This document shows positions 61,852 through 64,000 of a DNA stretch of 64,000 nucleotides, piece by piece; position 1 is the stretch's first letter; the number at the start of each line of letters is the position of its first letter. A model generated the notes under the pieces. It had not been told where the DNA came from. It saw only the letters and a list, made by a program, of their open reading frames with translations, and did no database searches. The stretch is from Candidatus Australimonas brisbanensis (lineage in GTDB: Bacteria > Chloroflexota > Dehalococcoidia > Lucifugimonadales > Australimonadaceae), in assembly GCA_038147155.1 (NCBI GenBank), contig JAYQTA010000002.1, forward strand, positions 195,595 through 259,594. Reading direction: 5' to 3'. The translations under genes were made by a program, and so were the position numbers.

Positions 61852-62691
61852 TCAGCGCGCCAGGCGGCGCAGCAGGCCGGTGAGGGTGTCCACCGCCGTT
61901 ACCAGCAGGAGGTACCAGGCGAGCACCAGAGCCACGTGGGTCATGTCGAACCGGCTCATGGCGAGGCGCAGCTCCAGGCCCAGCCCCCCCGCGCCCACCA
62001 ACCCCACCACCACGCTGGCGCGCACCGCCACCTCCCACCGGTAGAGGGCGAAGGTGAGCAGGCGAGGCAGCAGCCCCGGCACGATGGCGTAGGCCAACAC
62101 CTGAGCCCGGCCCGCACCCGCCGTTCGCAGCGCACGCACAGGGCCGGGGTCCGCGTCCTCCGCAAGCTCTGCGCCGATCTTGCCCAGCACCCCGCCGTTG
62201 TGCAGGCCCAGGGCGATGGCCCCCGGCACGATGCCCGGAGCGAAGACGAACACCGCAACCAGGGCCCACACCAACTCCGGCACCCCGCGCAGCAGCACCA
62301 GCACCGCGCGGGCCAGGCCGAAGAGCGCCCATCCCCCCACACGGGCGCGCCCTGCCTGCGTGCCCGGCGTGACTGTGCGCGCCGCCAGGGGCACCAGGGC
62401 CAACGCCAACGCAGACGCGATCCCCATGGCGAGGATGCTCATGGCCAGCGTGTCCAGCGCGATGCGCCCGGTGCGCGCCCAAGACTCCACGCTAGAGAAG
62501 GCGGCGGGCCCCACCGCATCGAACCCCGCCAGGTCCGCCAGGAATGCACCCAGCCTGCGGAGCGTCTCTGCGGAGGCGAAGGGGTGCGCCGGGGCCTGCC
62601 CGGAGAAGGCCACGCCGCTCCACGCGGCGAGTGTCAGCACCGGGAGGGCCGCCAGCGAGACCTGCACGATGCCGAGGCGCGGGCGGCTCAT
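61852..62691 (-). CDS. phnE: phosphonate ABC transporter permease
   Basis: Its ATG overlaps the upstream stop (ATGA). ALRTAGAGRAQVLAYAIVPGLLP...YRWEVAVRASVVVGLVGAGGLG. Confidence 0.85.
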   Translation of the reverse strand: MSRPRLGIVQVSLAALPVLTLAAWSGVAFSGQAPAHPFASAETLRRLGAFLADLAGFDAVGPAAFSSVESWARTGRIALDTLAMSILAMGIASALALALVPLAARTVTPGTQAGRARVGGWALFGLARAVLVLLRGVPELVWALVAVFVFAPGIVPGAIALGLHNGGVLGKIGAELAEDADPGPVRALRTAGAGRAQVLAYAIVPGLLPRLLTFALYRWEVAVRASVVVGLVGAGGLGLELRLAMSRFDMTHVALVLAWYLLLVTAVDTLTGLLRRLAR

Positions 62692-63506
62692 GGGGCCAGC
62701 CCCCGGCGCACCGCGCTGCTCCAGGCGTCCACCGCAACCATGAGCAGCGCCATCGCCCACACGAAGGTCCAGGCACGGGCGAAGTCGAGGTCAGCGAGGG
62801 CGGTCTGGATGTGGAAGCCCAGCCCCCCCAACCCCACGAAGGAAAGAACAGCCGCCGAGCGTATCCCGCACTCCAGCCGGTAGAAGATGTAGCCCACCGC
62901 GTCGGCGGCGATGAGGGGGAGGCGCCCGTGAGCCAGCACCTGTGCCTCCGAGGCCCCGGCACGGCGCAGCGCCTCCAACGGCGCTTCGTCCGCATCCTGG
63001 AGCAGCTCGGCCAGCACCCGGCCCAGTATCCCCGCGTAGGGCAACGCCAAGGCCAGCACCCCCGCCCAGGGCGAGAGACCCACGGCGGCCACCAGCAGCC
63101 ACGCCCACACCAACTCATGCACCGCCCGCAGCACGCCCAGCAGCCCCCTTGCTCCCCCCACGCTGCACCAGCGGGCCCAGCGTGTCCGGGCCAGCACGCC
63201 GGAGGCGACGACGCCCAGCGGCACGCCCAGCACCAGAGCCAGACTGAGGCCAGCGAGGGCATAGGCCAGCGTGCGCCACGCCGCCGTCACCACCGTGCCC
63301 GCCAGCGCCCAGGAGAGTTCCGGGCGCAGCGCGGCCAGGGCTATCTCTCCCGCGGCGCGAAGCCCGCCGCCGTGCAGTAGCCCCTCGCGCCAGGGCACCG
63401 CCAGCAGGCTCAGCGCCAGCATCCCGGTGAGCGCCAGCGTCAGGGCGCGCCGCCCCTCCACCCGCGCGCGCAGCGTGCTGGGGAGCGCACCGGCGCGGCT
63501 AAGCAT
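62688..63506 (-). CDS. phnE: phosphonate ABC transporter permease (second copy)
   Basis: ALRRAGASEAQVLAHGRLPLI...YRLECGIRSAAVLSFVGLGGLG. Confidence 0.85.
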   Translation of the reverse strand: MLSRAGALPSTLRARVEGRRALTLALTGMLALSLLAVPWREGLLHGGGLRAAGEIALAALRPELSWALAGTVVTAAWRTLAYALAGLSLALVLGVPLGVVASGVLARTRWARWCSVGGARGLLGVLRAVHELVWAWLLVAAVGLSPWAGVLALALPYAGILGRVLAELLQDADEAPLEALRRAGASEAQVLAHGRLPLIAADAVGYIFYRLECGIRSAAVLSFVGLGGLGFHIQTALADLDFARAWTFVWAMALLMVAVDAWSSAVRRGLAP

Positions 63507-64000
63507 CCGGTTCCTCCAGGGTGTAGAGCGCCGCCACCTGCGCGTCGGTCACCTGCTCCGCTGGCAGGTCGAAGAGCGCCTGCCCGGCGCGCAGGCCGAT
63601 CAGCCGGTCGAAGCGCGCCCGCGCGGCGCCCACGTCGTGGAGCGAGGCGACCAGCGCTCGGCCGCGCTCGCGGGCGATGCCGGTGAGCAGGGCCAGCACG
63701 TCATAGCCCCGCGCGGGGTCCAGCGAGGCCACGGGCTCGTCGGCCAGCAGCAGGGCGGGCTGCTGCACCAGCAGCCGGGCGATGGCCACCCGTTGACGCT
63801 CCCCGCCCGACAGGCGGCTGGTGCGCTCGCCGCCGCGCCCCGCCAGGCCCACGCGGGCCAGCTCATACTCAGCCGCAGGGCGGCCCTGGGGCACTAGGAA
63901 GGACAGGAGGGAGCGGGCCAGGCTCCAGCGGCCGAGGTTGCCCGCCAAAACGTTCTGCAGGGCCGAGAGAGTGGGTACCAGGTCGAGACCCTGGGCCAGC
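63499..64000 (-). CDS. phnC: phosphonate ABC transporter ATP-binding protein; 5' end outside window
   Basis: The frame stays open to the window edge (LAQGLDLVPTLSALQNVLAGNLGR...). LSGGERQRVAIARLL, LLLADEPVASLD. Overlaps the phnE start by 8 nt. Confidence 0.9.
   Translation of the reverse strand, partial: LAQGLDLVPTLSALQNVLAGNLGRWSLARSLLSFLVPQGRPAAEYELARVGLAGRGGERTSRLSGGERQRVAIARLLVQQPALLLADEPVASLDPARGYDVLALLTGIARERGRALVASLHDVGAARARFDRLIGLRAGQALFDLPAEQVTDAQVAALYTLEEPDA

Overview
Very GC-rich (GC3-dominated) bacterial chromosomal window. It is gene-dense on both strands, with strong Shine-Dalgarno sites and many 1-4 nt start/stop overlaps.

Content is a mosaic of two kinds of gene:
- Core metabolism: mutL, a short-type mutY, birA, a hisZ-like/hisG/hisD/hisC/hisB operon, purS/purC/purB/purD, guaA, pgk-tpiA, miaA, pgi-tkt and one tRNA-Gly(UCC).
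- Small aromatic/heteroaromatic catabolic modules: LigB-type extradiol dioxygenases, LigJ/LigK/LigU/LigI-like lower protocatechuate-4,5/gallate pathway enzymes, a Rieske oxygenase, F420-type LLM oxidoreductases, SDRs, three paralogous bicupins, and a NicX-like/cupin/PhtD-like operon.
- Also present: ergothioneine genes (egtD intact, egtB frameshifted), an NfeD-SPFH pair, a split permease pair and a phnC-phnE-phnE transporter at the right edge.

F420-type enzymes, ergothioneine genes and the short MutY suggest an Actinomycetota or Chloroflexota/Thermomicrobia-like host (inference only). I recognised no CRISPR, rRNA, transposase, integrase or phage genes.

Most notable observations:
1. An ArsC/Spx/YffB-family gene whose CxxC-equivalent first Cys codon is an in-frame TGA followed directly by a hairpin. 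This is a candidate selenoprotein, and the ORF track shows only its truncated tail.
2. An uncharacterised five-gene oxygenase/decarboxylase island (57.4-61.8 kb). It is built around one of three bicupin paralogs whose metal-binding signature sits only in the C-terminal barrel.
3. Gene-decay or fusion relics: a lipoprotein::histidine-kinase-tail chimera, a truncated 7TM sensor domain, and a homopolymer frameshift in egtB.
4. A membrane protein with five near-identical 75-nt tandem repeats embedded in the purB-purC-purS operon.
5. A polyprenyl-synthase-like protein lacking both Asp-rich motifs.

All family assignments come from motif recognition by eye. No database search was run.
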